Origin: Candidatus Dormiibacterota bacterium
GTDB taxonomy: Bacteria; Chloroflexota; Dormibacteria; Aeolococcales; Aeolococcaceae
Assembly (NCBI GenBank): GCA_963718525.1
Contig: OY970355.1
Span: forward strand, 1,728,001-1,792,000
Direction of reading: 5' to 3'
Length of the DNA: 64,000 bases
Shown: positions 37,383 to 52,837 of the stretch, piece by piece
Position numbering within the stretch: the stretch's first letter is position 1
How the letters are laid out: each line of letters begins with the position of its first letter
Program-made: the position numbers and the translations under genes
Notes under the pieces: model-generated
The model's database searches: none
The model's input: the letters and a program-made list of their open reading frames with translations, nothing else
What the model was told of the DNA's origin: nothing

Positions 37383-39914
37383 TTGTACCCGTTCGAGCGC
37401 TTCACCGAAAGGGCGAAGAAGGTGCTCACGCTTGCGCAGGAAGAGGCCGAGCGTTCGCACCACTCGTACATCGGAACAGAGCACCTGCTGCTTGGTTTGC
37501 TCCGCGAAGGGGAGGGACTTGCGGCCAAGGTCCTGAACAACCTCGGCGTGGAGATCAACAAGGTTCGCAGCACGATTGAGTCGGTGCTCGGCCGCAATGA
37601 GCGGATCATCATCCAGCAGATCATCCCGACGTCGCGCGTGAAGAAGGTCATCGAGATCTCCTTCGAAGAGGCGCGGCGGATGGGCAACAACTATGTGGGC
37701 ACCGAACATCTTCTGCTCGGTCTGCTCATCGAGGGTGAGGGCATCGCCGCCCACGTCCTCGAGGATCTCGGCGCCAACCTCGAGAAGGTTCGCGGCGAGA
37801 TCGACAAGCTGCTCCACGAGTCCGGGATCGACGAGGAGTCGAAGGAGGCGCAGAAGAAGCCGTCCAAGACTCCGCTGCTCGACCAGTTCTGCCGCGACCT
37901 CACCGACCTTGCCATCAAGAACTCGCTGGACCCGGTGATCGGCCGCGCTATGGAGATCGAGCGCGTCGTGCAGATCCTCAGCCGGCGCACCAAGAACAAC
38001 CCCGCGCTCATCGGTGAGCCGGGCGTTGGCAAGACCGCTATCGCGGAAGGTCTCGCGCAGCAGATCATCCTCGGCAACATCCCCGAGTCGCTCATGGGCA
38101 AGCGCGTGCTCACGCTCGACATGGGTGCGCTGGTTGCGGGCACCAAGTACCGCGGCGAGTTCGAGGAACGGCTCAAGAAGATCCTTGACGAGATTCGTGC
38201 GTCGCGCGAGGTCATCCTCTTCATCGACGAGCTGCACACGCTCGTCGGCGCCGGCGCGGCCGAGGGTGCGATCGACGCTGCGAACATCCTCAAGCCGGCG
38301 CTTGCGCGCGGCGAGATTCAGTGCATCGGCGCCACCACGCTCAACGAGTACCGCAAGTACATCGAGAAGGATGCAGCGCTGGAGCGCCGCTTCCAGCCGG
38401 TGTTCGTCGACGAGCCGTCGCTCGCAGAGACCATCGAGATCCTGCACGGCATCCGTCCGTTGTACGAGAAGCACCATCGCGTGAAGATCACCGACGACGC
38501 GCTCAAAGCAGCTGCGGAGCTGTCGGTGCGCTACGTCAGCGACCGCTCGCTTCCGGACAAGGCGATCGACCTCATCGATGAGGCGAGCGCGCGCGTGCGT
38601 ATGAAGCTCACCACCACGCCGGAAGAGCTGCGCTCGATGCAGCGTGAGATTCGTGAGCTGCAGACGCAGAAGGAAGAGGCGATCGCGGCGCAGGACTACG
38701 AGACCGCGGCCAACTTCCGCGACAAGGAAAAGAAGCTCAAGGACAAGTACGTCTCCGAGGAGACCAAGTGGCGTGACGAGCTCGGTGCGACCGTCCCGGA
38801 CGTCACCGAGGAGCACATCGCCGAGATCATCTCGTCGTGGACCGGCGTGCCGGTCTCGCGCCTCGTCGAAGAGGAGACGTCGCGCCTGCTCCGCATGGAA
38901 GAGGAGATCCACAAGCGCCTCATCGGCCAGGACGATGCTGTGAAGGTCATCTCCCAGGCGGTGCGCCGTGCGCGTGCAGGCCTCAAGGACGCCAAGCGGC
39001 CGATCGGTTCGTTCATGTTCCTCGGCCCGACAGGCGTCGGCAAGACCGAGCTCTCGCGCGCGCTCGCGGCCTTCCTGTTCGACAACGAGGACGCCATCAT
39101 CCGGCTCGACATGAGTGAGTTCATGGAGCGCCATTCCACCGCGCGACTGGTCGGGTCGCCGCCAGGGTACGTCGGCTACGACGAGGGTGGCCAGCTCACC
39201 GAAGCCGTGCGCCGTCGCCCGTACTCGGTCGTGCTCTTCGACGAGATCGAGAAGGCGCACCCCGAGGTTTTCAACATGCTGTTGCAGATCCTCGAGGATG
39301 GCCGCCTCAGCGACGCCAAGGGCAAGGCGGTCAACTTCGCCAACACGATCATCATCATGACCAGCAACCTCGGTGTGCACGGGCTGAAGCTCAACATGTC
39401 GCTCGGGTTCCAGCCGGCCGTGCCGGATGAGCGGGCGTCATCGTCGGAGCACGGCAAGATGCGCGACAGCATCATGGACGAGCTCAAGAAGCAGTTCCGT
39501 CCCGAGTTCCTCAACCGTGTCGATGCGGTGGTGGTCTTCCAGCGCCTCGACCATCCGCAGATGCGCCAGATCGTTGATCTGTTGCTCGCCAAGGTGGCGC
39601 TGCACCTCGCAGCTCAGGAGCTGACCTTCACCGTCTCCGACGAGGCCAAGGAGAAGCTCGTCATCGAGGGGTTCGACAAGATCTACGGAGCGCGTCCGCT
39701 GCGACGGGTGATCCAGCGCGTCATCGAGGACCCGCTGAGCGAGGAGTTGCTCCGCCTCAAGCACGGGCCCGGCGATACGGTGATCGTCGAGGTGGTCGAA
39801 GACGAGGTGAAGATGCGCCTCGTGCCCAAGGGCGTCCGCCGCGAGAAGAAGGAAAAGGCCGAAGCGGTCGCCAGCGCGGCGGCCGGTCCGCCGAGCGCTC
39901 CTCCCACGGAGTAG
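37383..39914 (+). CDS. clpC: ATP-dependent Clp protease ATP-binding subunit ClpC
   Basis: FERFTERA N-domain repeats, GEPGVGKT, UVR-like middle domain, GPTGVGKT, RPEFLNR and YGARPLRR. Start TTG 37383 (SD GGAGG) or ATG 37371. Confidence 0.94.
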   Translation: MYPFERFTERAKKVLTLAQEEAERSHHSYIGTEHLLLGLLREGEGLAAKVLNNLGVEINKVRSTIESVLGRNERIIIQQIIPTSRVKKVIEISFEEARRMGNNYVGTEHLLLGLLIEGEGIAAHVLEDLGANLEKVRGEIDKLLHESGIDEESKEAQKKPSKTPLLDQFCRDLTDLAIKNSLDPVIGRAMEIERVVQILSRRTKNNPALIGEPGVGKTAIAEGLAQQIILGNIPESLMGKRVLTLDMGALVAGTKYRGEFEERLKKILDEIRASREVILFIDELHTLVGAGAAEGAIDAANILKPALARGEIQCIGATTLNEYRKYIEKDAALERRFQPVFVDEPSLAETIEILHGIRPLYEKHHRVKITDDALKAAAELSVRYVSDRSLPDKAIDLIDEASARVRMKLTTTPEELRSMQREIRELQTQKEEAIAAQDYETAANFRDKEKKLKDKYVSEETKWRDELGATVPDVTEEHIAEIISSWTGVPVSRLVEEETSRLLRMEEEIHKRLIGQDDAVKVISQAVRRARAGLKDAKRPIGSFMFLGPTGVGKTELSRALAAFLFDNEDAIIRLDMSEFMERHSTARLVGSPPGYVGYDEGGQLTEAVRRRPYSVVLFDEIEKAHPEVFNMLLQILEDGRLSDAKGKAVNFANTIIIMTSNLGVHGLKLNMSLGFQPAVPDERASSSEHGKMRDSIMDELKKQFRPEFLNRVDAVVVFQRLDHPQMRQIVDLLLAKVALHLAAQELTFTVSDEAKEKLVIEGFDKIYGARPLRRVIQRVIEDPLSEELLRLKHGPGDTVIVEVVEDEVKMRLVPKGVRREKKEKAEAVASAAAGPPSAPPTE

Positions 39915-39944
39915 TCAGCCGCGTCAGCGATCCACCTTCGCGGC

Positions 39945-40994
39945 GTGGTCCTCCCCGGCGAGGAGATGCTCGACCTCTGGGTCGACGGTGATCGGATTTC
40001 GCACGAGGCAATCCCTGGCGCCGAGACCGTGATGGATGGCGGCTGGCTGCTTCCGGGATTGGTTGACGTGCACACCCATCCGGGCGCGGACGCGCCTGGC
40101 GATCCCCTCGATGATGCGCTGCTGCGTCGAGATGCCGAGGCGCATCGCGATTCCGGCGTGACGCTCTTTCGCGCTCCGGGCGCGGCGGGACGATTGCCGG
40201 CGTGGCTCGGCGACGATCCGGATCTCCCGCGTGTCCAGTCGGCGGGACCATGGCTCGCGACAGAGAAAGGATTCTTTCCCGGGTGGGGGCGTCGCGAGAG
40301 TTTGGAGATGCTCCCGGACGCCGCCGTCGAGGAAGCCAAGGCGTCGGGCGGCTGGTGCAAGGTCATCGCGGATTGGTCGTTCGACGACGAGCCGGTCCGG
40401 CGCTATGGCCCGACGGTGCCCCCGGATGTCCTTCAGGAGATCGTCATGCGCGTCCATGCCATCGGCGGTCGCGTGGCTGTGCACAGCCAGCACGAGGACG
40501 GATGCTCGGCTGCCGTTCTCGCCGGAGCGGATTCGCTGGAACATGGCATGCATCTCCGCCTGGATCTGCTCGATCGGATGGCTGAGCAGGGAACCGTGCT
40601 GGTGCCGACGATGTGCGCGTTCTCGGGCATCAAGGACAGCCTGCGCCGGCAACCGCCGGAACCCGACGCCTGGGGGCGTTGGAGGTCGGTCGGATGGGAG
40701 CGGCATCCCAATCTTGTCCGCAGCGCATATGAGGCGGGCGTGACCATTCTCGCCGGCACAGATGGTGCTGCCGGCATCATCGCCGACGAGGTCGATTGTC
40801 TGGTGGCGGCAGGCGTGCCCGGAGATGTCGCCGTCGGCGCCGCGTCGTGGCTCGCGCGATCCTGGCTGGGTTTCGGCGGCCTCGAACATGGCGCCCCTGC
40901 GGACATCGTCGGTTACGACGAGGATCCGCGCGCGCATCCCGCCGTGCTCCGCCGACCCACCCGCATCATCCTGCGGGGCCGTATCGTCCGCTGA
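39945..40994 (+). CDS. amidohydrolase family protein
   Basis: PGLVDVHTH, VAVH, SLEHG, ILAGTD and GAPADIV. Confidence 0.85.
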   Translation: MVLPGEEMLDLWVDGDRISHEAIPGAETVMDGGWLLPGLVDVHTHPGADAPGDPLDDALLRRDAEAHRDSGVTLFRAPGAAGRLPAWLGDDPDLPRVQSAGPWLATEKGFFPGWGRRESLEMLPDAAVEEAKASGGWCKVIADWSFDDEPVRRYGPTVPPDVLQEIVMRVHAIGGRVAVHSQHEDGCSAAVLAGADSLEHGMHLRLDLLDRMAEQGTVLVPTMCAFSGIKDSLRRQPPEPDAWGRWRSVGWERHPNLVRSAYEAGVTILAGTDGAAGIIADEVDCLVAAGVPGDVAVGAASWLARSWLGFGGLEHGAPADIVGYDEDPRAHPAVLRRPTRIILRGRIVR

Positions 40995-41096
40995 GCTTCG
41001 ATCGGGAGGGACGCCCGCGGTCGGCGCGCTAGTAACCACTGAGCTCGTTGGCCGCCTTTCCAGCGCTCTGTATCGTGCGGCCCATCTGTCAGCGAT

Positions 41097-41795
41097 ATGG
41101 AGGGACGCGTGGTGACGTTCATCAACACCAACGGGATGGCATTCTTCGGACCAGGCTCGGAGTGGTTCTGGGCCGCGCTCCAGTTCACGGCCCTGCTGGT
41201 CACGTTCATCGCGATTTATCGCCAACTCCGAATAGGCCGGAGCCAGCGTGCGGTTGAGCAGGTCGCCCTGTATACGCGCCAGCTCGAGGACGAGCGTATG
41301 TGTCGCCATCAACTCGCGATCCTAGTCGCCCTCCGCGACGGCGCATCGATACCCCGCGCGGCAGGGAACGCGATTAGCAACTACTTTGAAACGTTAGGCT
41401 CGCTCGGCCGGAGCGGGCACCTTGACATGCAGCAGCTTTGGGGCTTGTTCAGCCTAACTGCCGAAGGGTGGTGGACGATCCTGCAGCCGTACACCCGGGA
41501 GGCCCGCGCTGAGCTCGGCGACACCGTCGGTGAGAACTTCGAGTGGCTTGTCGGAGCGTTTGAGAGGATGGATCGTCGAGGAAAGACAACGCCGGCGCTA
41601 GACGCGATTGTTGCGAGATGGCTTGTGGGTGGCGCGATTGAACGCCTCGAAGACAATATCCGGGTCGAGCAGGAGCTTCGCGCCGTGATCATCGCGTCGC
41701 CGCACGGCCGCGACGCTGCCCAAGTAGCAGCCGCTGCATCGGCTCAAACTCCCAGCCCGACGGCTCAAAACGAACAGAGCCCCCAGGCCGACTGA
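41097..41795 (+). CDS. hypothetical membrane-anchored protein (DUF4760-like)
   Basis: N-terminal TM (..IAIYRQLR), NYFETLG and ENFEWL; lower-GC codon usage. Confidence 0.65.
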   Translation: MEGRVVTFINTNGMAFFGPGSEWFWAALQFTALLVTFIAIYRQLRIGRSQRAVEQVALYTRQLEDERMCRHQLAILVALRDGASIPRAAGNAISNYFETLGSLGRSGHLDMQQLWGLFSLTAEGWWTILQPYTREARAELGDTVGENFEWLVGAFERMDRRGKTTPALDAIVARWLVGGAIERLEDNIRVEQELRAVIIASPHGRDAAQVAAAASAQTPSPTAQNEQSPQAD

Positions 41796-41917
41796 CCACA
41801 CCGTGAAGGAGTGCAGATCGCGAGGTCGAATGCGCAAATCATCCCCGCCTTGTCTGATCTGTTGAACTGCATCGGGAGGTCGTGACCGCCGCCCTTGACG
41901 TGGGGTCGCCAGCGCAC

Positions 41918-41931
41918 CGAACATACGTTTG
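41918..41931. promoter_or_regulatory. LexA/SOS (Cheo-type) box CGAACATACGTTTG
   Basis: Matches GAAC-N4-GTTY, adjacent to a TATGCT -10-like hexamer, about 100 bp upstream of uvrA. Confidence 0.75.
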
Positions 41932-42028
41932 CTATGCTCTGACGCCATGGCTCTCGCCCTGACCCAACGTCTCCAATCCCCACGGCACAGGTTGGTCATC
42001 GACGCCACTTGGGTACGCTAGACGGTCA

Positions 42029-44947
<2,919 letters not shown>

Positions 44948-44990
44948 TCGCACCCCGTTGACACATGGGGTGCGCTAACGTGGTGGAACG

Positions 44991-45284
44991 ATGACCTCCA
45001 TGGACGGCGAGGATCGACGCCTGCGGCTCAGGCGTCTCGACGATTGCCTCGACGTGCTCGAGCAGGCGCACGAGCTCAACCTCACCGAGGTGAGTGAGCG
45101 CATGGCCGAGGCGTTGAGTGAGCGCGTGCCCACCGTGCACCCCGGCATGCTCATCGCCGATGCGATCGAGGAGGTGCTGCGCCAGCAGGAGCCCTACATG
45201 GTGCAGATCCGTCCCGAGGTTTCACGCAGGGTGCGCCGCCGGCGCGACCCGTTCGACGTGAGGCTGCTGCTCCAACGCCGCTGA
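44991..45284 (+). CDS. hypothetical protein (ExxH motif; distant paralog of 4357-4839)
   Basis: 97-aa ORF with host codon usage between uvrA and UPF0182. Confidence 0.72.
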   Translation: MTSMDGEDRRLRLRRLDDCLDVLEQAHELNLTEVSERMAEALSERVPTVHPGMLIADAIEEVLRQQEPYMVQIRPEVSRRVRRRRDPFDVRLLLQRR

Positions 45285-45330
45285 GCCCACGGCGTCTGCG
45301 GGACGTTCCGCAGGTACACTCGGTGAACTC

Positions 45331-48300
45331 ATGAGTGCCTTCGGCTTCGATCCCGAGCAGATCTTTGCTCGGCGGCGGTCCCGGCCGAGGATCGTCAGGC
45401 CGCCGGGGCAGCTCCGGCGGCGGATCATCATCTTCGGCGTCATCGCGGCGATCGTGGTGCTGCTCATCGTCATTCGATGGCTGCTCGGGCTGCGCGCGGA
45501 ATACCTCTATTACCAGAGCGTCGGCCACACCAACGTCTTCTGGACGCCGCTGATCGCGCACATCGTCCTGTTCTTCATCGGCTTCGCCATCGTCGCGGTC
45601 ATCTTTGGCGCGGCGATTGTCGGAATCTCCTTCGCGGCGGCGAATCTCGACCGGCGCGGGCGCCGGATCGTGATGTGGGGCGGCGGGGTGATCGCCGTGC
45701 TCGCCGGGATCGCCGGCGGGTCGACCCTCTCCGGCGAGTGGCAGGACATCCTCGTATGGCTCCACTCGGTGCCCTTCGGGGCCACCGACCCGGTCTTCCA
45801 TATGGACTACTCGTTCTTCGTCTTCACGCTCCCCGCCATCGACGACTTCATGGGCCTGCTCTGGGGAGGGGTGATCCTCGGCGTGCTCGCCTCCATCGCC
45901 ATGGCGGTCGTCGCGATCACGGTGATGAACGCTCCCGAGGAGCTGCCCCTGCCGCTCGAGCCGCCGCCGGGGCGATCCCCGGAGGATGCACTCCGCTCGG
46001 CGGTGATCACGGGTGGCATCGGGGTTGCAGCCATCTTCATACTCGCCTCGCTCGGCGCCCACTTCGGCGTCTATCACCTGGCCACGAGCTCGCACATGAC
46101 CGGCACCGGCACCACCGGGACGCCGTACGTCGGCCTCGACGCGACCCAGCGTGCCGTGATCCAACCGGTGCTCGGGTTCCTCCAGGTCCTCGCCCTCGTG
46201 CTGGCGATCGTGACCCTGGTGCTCGTCGGGCTGCGCTGGCGGCGTGCGTCGACCGGCACCGCGATCGCCTTCGCGTCGATGCTCGGCGGGTGGCTGGTGG
46301 TCGCCGGGCTCACCCAGGGTGTGCCGGCAGCCGTCTACCAGGCAACCAGCGTCGGTCCCAATGAGCAGACCGCCCAGACCCCGACGATCGGCGACTACCT
46401 GACCACGAGCCGCTACGCGTGGGCGATCGAGAGCAGCGGATCGAATCCGCAAGTGGAGCCCCGGACCTTCGGACAACCTCACGCACCGTCGCTCACTGAT
46501 CTCGAGTCCGATCTCGGCACCCTGCAGAACGTGCGCATCCAGGATCCCACCCAGCTTCCCGACACCCTGGCGCAGATCGACCGCAGCCGCAGCTATCAGA
46601 CGTACTCGACGATCACCGTTGACCGCTATCCCAACGCCGCCACCGGGGGCGACACCGAGGTCATGCTCGGGCCGCGGGAGATCGCCGAGGGAGACGTCCC
46701 CAACGCGTCCTTCGTGAACACCTCGCTGACCTACACACATGGCTACGGCGTGACCGCGGTCTCGGTGAACGCCGTCGCCGGCGAGGGCAAGCCGCAGGTC
46801 CTGGTCGGACAGCAGCCGATGACCCAGGTCACCCCGGGCTCGCCACCCGACCTCTCGTTCGACAACTCCACGACCGCGGATCCGGCCATCTATTGCGGGC
46901 TCGACACGACCCAGAGCGTCGTCTCCGGCACCACGCAACCGGAGTTCAACTATCCGTCGGGGAGCGGCGACAACACCGTTCATGGCACCACCAGCGAGGT
47001 CGGGATCCCGATCACCAATCCGATCGACAAGCTCGCGATCTCCCTCGAGGATTTCGGCGGCTTCAACCTCTTCCTCAACAACTCGCTCACCGCCAGCAGC
47101 CGGGCGCTGGTCAACCGGCAGATCGCGACCCGCATCACGTCGATCGCGCCCTTCCTCACCGTCGACGGGGATCCGTACATCGTGGTCGATCCCGGCACCG
47201 GCCACCTCATGTGGATCGCCGATGCGTATGTCAAGTCCTCGCTCTTCCCCGAGTTGTACCAGCAGAGCGACGGCACGTCGTACATGCGCAACGCCGTCAA
47301 GGCGGTGATCGACGCCAAGACGTGCGCGATCACCCTCTACGCGGTGAACATGAATGAGCCGATCACCGCGGCGTGGAACGCGATCTACCCGGGCCTGCTC
47401 ACCCCGCTCAGCAACATGTCGACCTATCTGCGCTCGCATCTGCGCTACCCGGAAGACCTGTTCAACGACCAGGCTCAGGCCTACGCTCAGGTGCACATCA
47501 CGAGCCCAACCGTCTTCTACAACGGCAGCGACCTGTTCAACATCGCGCAGGTGAGCGTCAACGGGACCAACCAGGCGACCACTGCCTACTACGTCGAGGC
47601 GACGCTCCCCGGCACGAACAGCCCGCAGTTCGTGCTGCTTCAGACATTTTCTCCGGGCGCGAGCGGCGGTGGCACCACCGCGAACAACATGACCGCATGG
47701 CTCGCGGCTGAATGTGACTACACCGGCACGAACGAGCCCAAGCTCGTCTCGGTCCGTCTCAACAACGCGGACAACGTCCTTGGTCCGCTGCAGTTCGAAA
47801 ACAACATCAACACCAATCCGACGATCAGCTCGGAGATCACCCTGCTCAGCCAGCACGGGTCGACGGTCACGCTCGGCAACATCATCATCCTGCCGTTCAA
47901 CAACGACTCCTTTCTGTACGTCCGGCCGCTGTATCTATCTGCCGCGTCCAACGGTGGTACCGCGTTTCCACAGTTGCAGGAGGTCATCGTCGGCGACCAG
48001 AACGCCGTGCAGCAGGGCACCTCGTTCAGCGCGGCGGTCGCGAATTTGATCAACAACGGCCTGCCCGTTCCAGGCCTGCCCACCACCGGCACCACCACGG
48101 GGCCGACCCCGTCACCGTCGCCCACCACATCGCCGAGCCCGGGCACCACGCCAACACCCACCACCACACCGACCGGCACCATCCAGGCGCAGATCATCGC
48201 CCTGGACAGCAAGATCGTCGCTGACAACGCGGCTGCGGAAACGGCCCTCATGGCCGGCAACTTCACCGCGTACGGTGCCGACGAGGCCAAGGTGCAGGCG

Positions 48301-48360
48301 GACCTGACGGCGCTGCAGAAGCTGCTCGCCCAGCAGTCGCCGGCAAGCCCGTCACCGTAG
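45331..48360 (+). CDS. UPF0182 family membrane protein
   Basis: FGATDPVFHMDYSFFVFTLP, VDRY, LTYTHGYG, IAPFL..DGDPY, YMRNAVKA.IDA, HLRYPEDLF and LYVRPLY. Confidence 0.9.
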   Translation: MSAFGFDPEQIFARRRSRPRIVRPPGQLRRRIIIFGVIAAIVVLLIVIRWLLGLRAEYLYYQSVGHTNVFWTPLIAHIVLFFIGFAIVAVIFGAAIVGISFAAANLDRRGRRIVMWGGGVIAVLAGIAGGSTLSGEWQDILVWLHSVPFGATDPVFHMDYSFFVFTLPAIDDFMGLLWGGVILGVLASIAMAVVAITVMNAPEELPLPLEPPPGRSPEDALRSAVITGGIGVAAIFILASLGAHFGVYHLATSSHMTGTGTTGTPYVGLDATQRAVIQPVLGFLQVLALVLAIVTLVLVGLRWRRASTGTAIAFASMLGGWLVVAGLTQGVPAAVYQATSVGPNEQTAQTPTIGDYLTTSRYAWAIESSGSNPQVEPRTFGQPHAPSLTDLESDLGTLQNVRIQDPTQLPDTLAQIDRSRSYQTYSTITVDRYPNAATGGDTEVMLGPREIAEGDVPNASFVNTSLTYTHGYGVTAVSVNAVAGEGKPQVLVGQQPMTQVTPGSPPDLSFDNSTTADPAIYCGLDTTQSVVSGTTQPEFNYPSGSGDNTVHGTTSEVGIPITNPIDKLAISLEDFGGFNLFLNNSLTASSRALVNRQIATRITSIAPFLTVDGDPYIVVDPGTGHLMWIADAYVKSSLFPELYQQSDGTSYMRNAVKAVIDAKTCAITLYAVNMNEPITAAWNAIYPGLLTPLSNMSTYLRSHLRYPEDLFNDQAQAYAQVHITSPTVFYNGSDLFNIAQVSVNGTNQATTAYYVEATLPGTNSPQFVLLQTFSPGASGGGTTANNMTAWLAAECDYTGTNEPKLVSVRLNNADNVLGPLQFENNINTNPTISSEITLLSQHGSTVTLGNIIILPFNNDSFLYVRPLYLSAASNGGTAFPQLQEVIVGDQNAVQQGTSFSAAVANLINNGLPVPGLPTTGTTTGPTPSPSPTTSPSPGTTPTPTTTPTGTIQAQIIALDSKIVADNAAAETALMAGNFTAYGADEAKVQADLTALQKLLAQQSPASPSP

Positions 48361-48380
48361 CCGGAGGCGGCCAGGAACCG

Positions 48381-49319
48381 ATGAGCGATGCGATTGAGAT
48401 TGCACCCGGGATCCGCCAGCTCGACACCCTGCTCGGCGGTATGGAGCAGCTCACCGCCGGCTTCCTGATCGACGGGCCGATGCCCGCGCTGGTCGAGACC
48501 GGATCACAGTCCAGCGTCCCCGCCGTGCACGCCGCACTCGATGCGCTCGGTCTCGGGCCCCTCGACCTGCGCTGGATCATCGTCACCCACATCCACCTCG
48601 ACCACGCCGGAGCGGTGGGGGACATCGCCCAGGACTTTCCCAACGCCACGGTGGTCGTGCACGAGCGCGGCGCCCGCCACCTCGTCGACCCGACCAGGCT
48701 CATCGACAGCGCCTCGCGCGTCTATGGACCGCTGCTCGACGGGCTCTACGGGCGGATGACGGCCGTCCCCGAGGAACGCCTCATCGCTGCCGGTGACGGC
48801 TTCCGGATCGACGTGGGCAACGGACGGGAGCTGACGCTCGTGGATTCCCCAGGGCACGCCAAGCACCACCACGCGGTGCTCGACGAGCAGACCGGCACGC
48901 TGCTCGTCGGTGACGCCGTCGGCGTCCTGCTGCCCGACCTCGGTGTGCTCCGGCCGGCGACCCCGCCGCCCGACTTCGACCTCGAGCAGGCGACCCACAG
49001 CCTGCATCGATTCGCGGAGCTGCGCCCCGAGCACATGGTGCTCACCCACTACGGCCCGGTGGCAGACGCGCAGGCCACGCTCGCCGAGGCCGAGGATATG
49101 CTGCACCGCTGGGTGGAGGTCGCCGAGCAGGTGATCGACAGCGCCGCCGACGCGGGAATCGACGACGTCGCCGATGCGCTTGCCGCGGCGTTCGCCATCG
49201 ACCCCGAGGGTCTGCCGCACGGGATCCGCGAAAAGGCAGAGGTCCTGAACGGCGTGCACAGCAACGCGGCCGGCATCGTTCGCTACCTGAGACAGCGAGC
49301 CGCGGCACCCGTCGAATGA
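48381..49319 (+). CDS. MBL-fold metallo-hydrolase
   Basis: THIHLDHAG, PGHAKHH, GDA and THYG. Confidence 0.88.
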   Translation: MSDAIEIAPGIRQLDTLLGGMEQLTAGFLIDGPMPALVETGSQSSVPAVHAALDALGLGPLDLRWIIVTHIHLDHAGAVGDIAQDFPNATVVVHERGARHLVDPTRLIDSASRVYGPLLDGLYGRMTAVPEERLIAAGDGFRIDVGNGRELTLVDSPGHAKHHHAVLDEQTGTLLVGDAVGVLLPDLGVLRPATPPPDFDLEQATHSLHRFAELRPEHMVLTHYGPVADAQATLAEAEDMLHRWVEVAEQVIDSAADAGIDDVADALAAAFAIDPEGLPHGIREKAEVLNGVHSNAAGIVRYLRQRAAAPVE

Positions 49320-50383
49320 CCACCGCGGCCCGGCCGCGCGACCGGCTCATCGCCGCGGTGGTGCTGAGCGCGGTGATCGGCCTGGTGGGCGGCGGCCTCG
49401 CCGCCTGGGGCATCTACGCGCGCTTCGGGCCCGTCGAGCGGGTCACCCAGCAGACCATCGTCGGCTCCGGGAACAGCGGCACGCTCACCGCCGGCTCGAT
49501 CGCCACGGCGAAGTCGGCGTCGGTCGTCGAGGTGGTGACCCAACCGGTGACTCCGGCGTCGCTGCTCACCGGGCCGGCCGGCATCGTCGACGGCTTCGTG
49601 GTCTCGGCGAGCGGCCTGGTGGTGACGAGCATCCATGCGATCCAAGGCGCCGCCACGCTGCGCATCACCACCGCCGACGGTCACAGCTATCCGGCCACGA
49701 TCGTCCGGGCCGATCCGACCCATGGGGTGGTCGTGCTCCAGGCGGACGGGGCCCAGGGCCTGACGCCGCTCACCTTCGCGAGCGTGCTGCCGCGGATCGG
49801 TGACCTCGCGATCGGCGTCGCGCACGCGCCGTTCGTTCCCGTAATCGTGACCACCGGGACCGTGAGCGCGATCGGGGTCAGCGTCACGCTCTCGGGCAGC
49901 GCGCAGCCGCTCCGCGACGTGCTCACCGTCGACGCCATCCCGGATCCGCGCCAGGACGGCGCTCCGCTGCTCGACGGCAACGGCGACGTCATCGGCGTCG
50001 TCGTCAACGCGGGCAGCGCCGCCCCGGGTGTTGCCGCGCTGTCGATGACCGCTGCGGCGAACCTCGTGGTCGAGGCAACCGGCGGCAGCGCCACGCCGAC
50101 GCCGGGGCTCGGCGTCCAGGCGCAACTGATCGACCCGGCCACCGCCGCAGCAGCCGCGGTGCCGGTCGGCGCGCTGATCCTCTCGGTGACCACCGGCGGT
50201 CCCGCGGCAGTGGCCGGCCTGCTTCCCGGGGACGTGGTCACCGCCGTCGGGAGCACGGCGATCGACGCCGACCACCCGCTCGACCCGACCACGCTGGGGC
50301 TCGCCCCCGGTGAGCCGGTGACGCTCACCGTGTTTCGGGACGGGAAGTCAAGGACCATCCAGTTGACGGTCGGCAGCGGCTGA
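49316..50383 (+). CDS. HtrA/DegP-like trypsin-fold + PDZ membrane protein, catalytic residues substituted
   Basis: N-terminal TM, trypsin-like fold (GFVV...VVTSIH, VTTGTVS, TVDA....QDGAPLLD..G.VIGV) and PDZ (GPAAVAGLLPGDVV). Confidence 0.78.
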   Translation: MTTAARPRDRLIAAVVLSAVIGLVGGGLAAWGIYARFGPVERVTQQTIVGSGNSGTLTAGSIATAKSASVVEVVTQPVTPASLLTGPAGIVDGFVVSASGLVVTSIHAIQGAATLRITTADGHSYPATIVRADPTHGVVVLQADGAQGLTPLTFASVLPRIGDLAIGVAHAPFVPVIVTTGTVSAIGVSVTLSGSAQPLRDVLTVDAIPDPRQDGAPLLDGNGDVIGVVVNAGSAAPGVAALSMTAAANLVVEATGGSATPTPGLGVQAQLIDPATAAAAAVPVGALILSVTTGGPAAVAGLLPGDVVTAVGSTAIDADHPLDPTTLGLAPGEPVTLTVFRDGKSRTIQLTVGSG

Positions 50384-50411
50384 ACCCCCAGACCCGGCAC
50401 ACTGGAGTCTC

Positions 50412-52773
<2,362 letters not shown>

Positions 52774-52782
52774 AACCGGCCC

Positions 52783-52837
52783 GCAACGCGGCACGGGCGC
52801 AGTTCGTTACGCGAAACCGCCCGTGCAAGCGCACGTT
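52783..52837 (+). promoter_or_regulatory. two tandem putative ECF-sigma promoters (GCAAC-N17-CGTT; GAAAC-N16-CGTT)
   Basis: AAC...CGT consensus twice, upstream of the lipoprotein gene at 52875. Confidence 0.45.

Noticed and set aside
37281-39380. 699-aa minus-strand ORF
   Set aside because: Antisense shadow of clpC caused by high-GC codon bias; no recognisable motifs.
45151-47856. 901-aa minus-strand ORF
   Set aside because: Antisense shadow of the UPF0182 gene.
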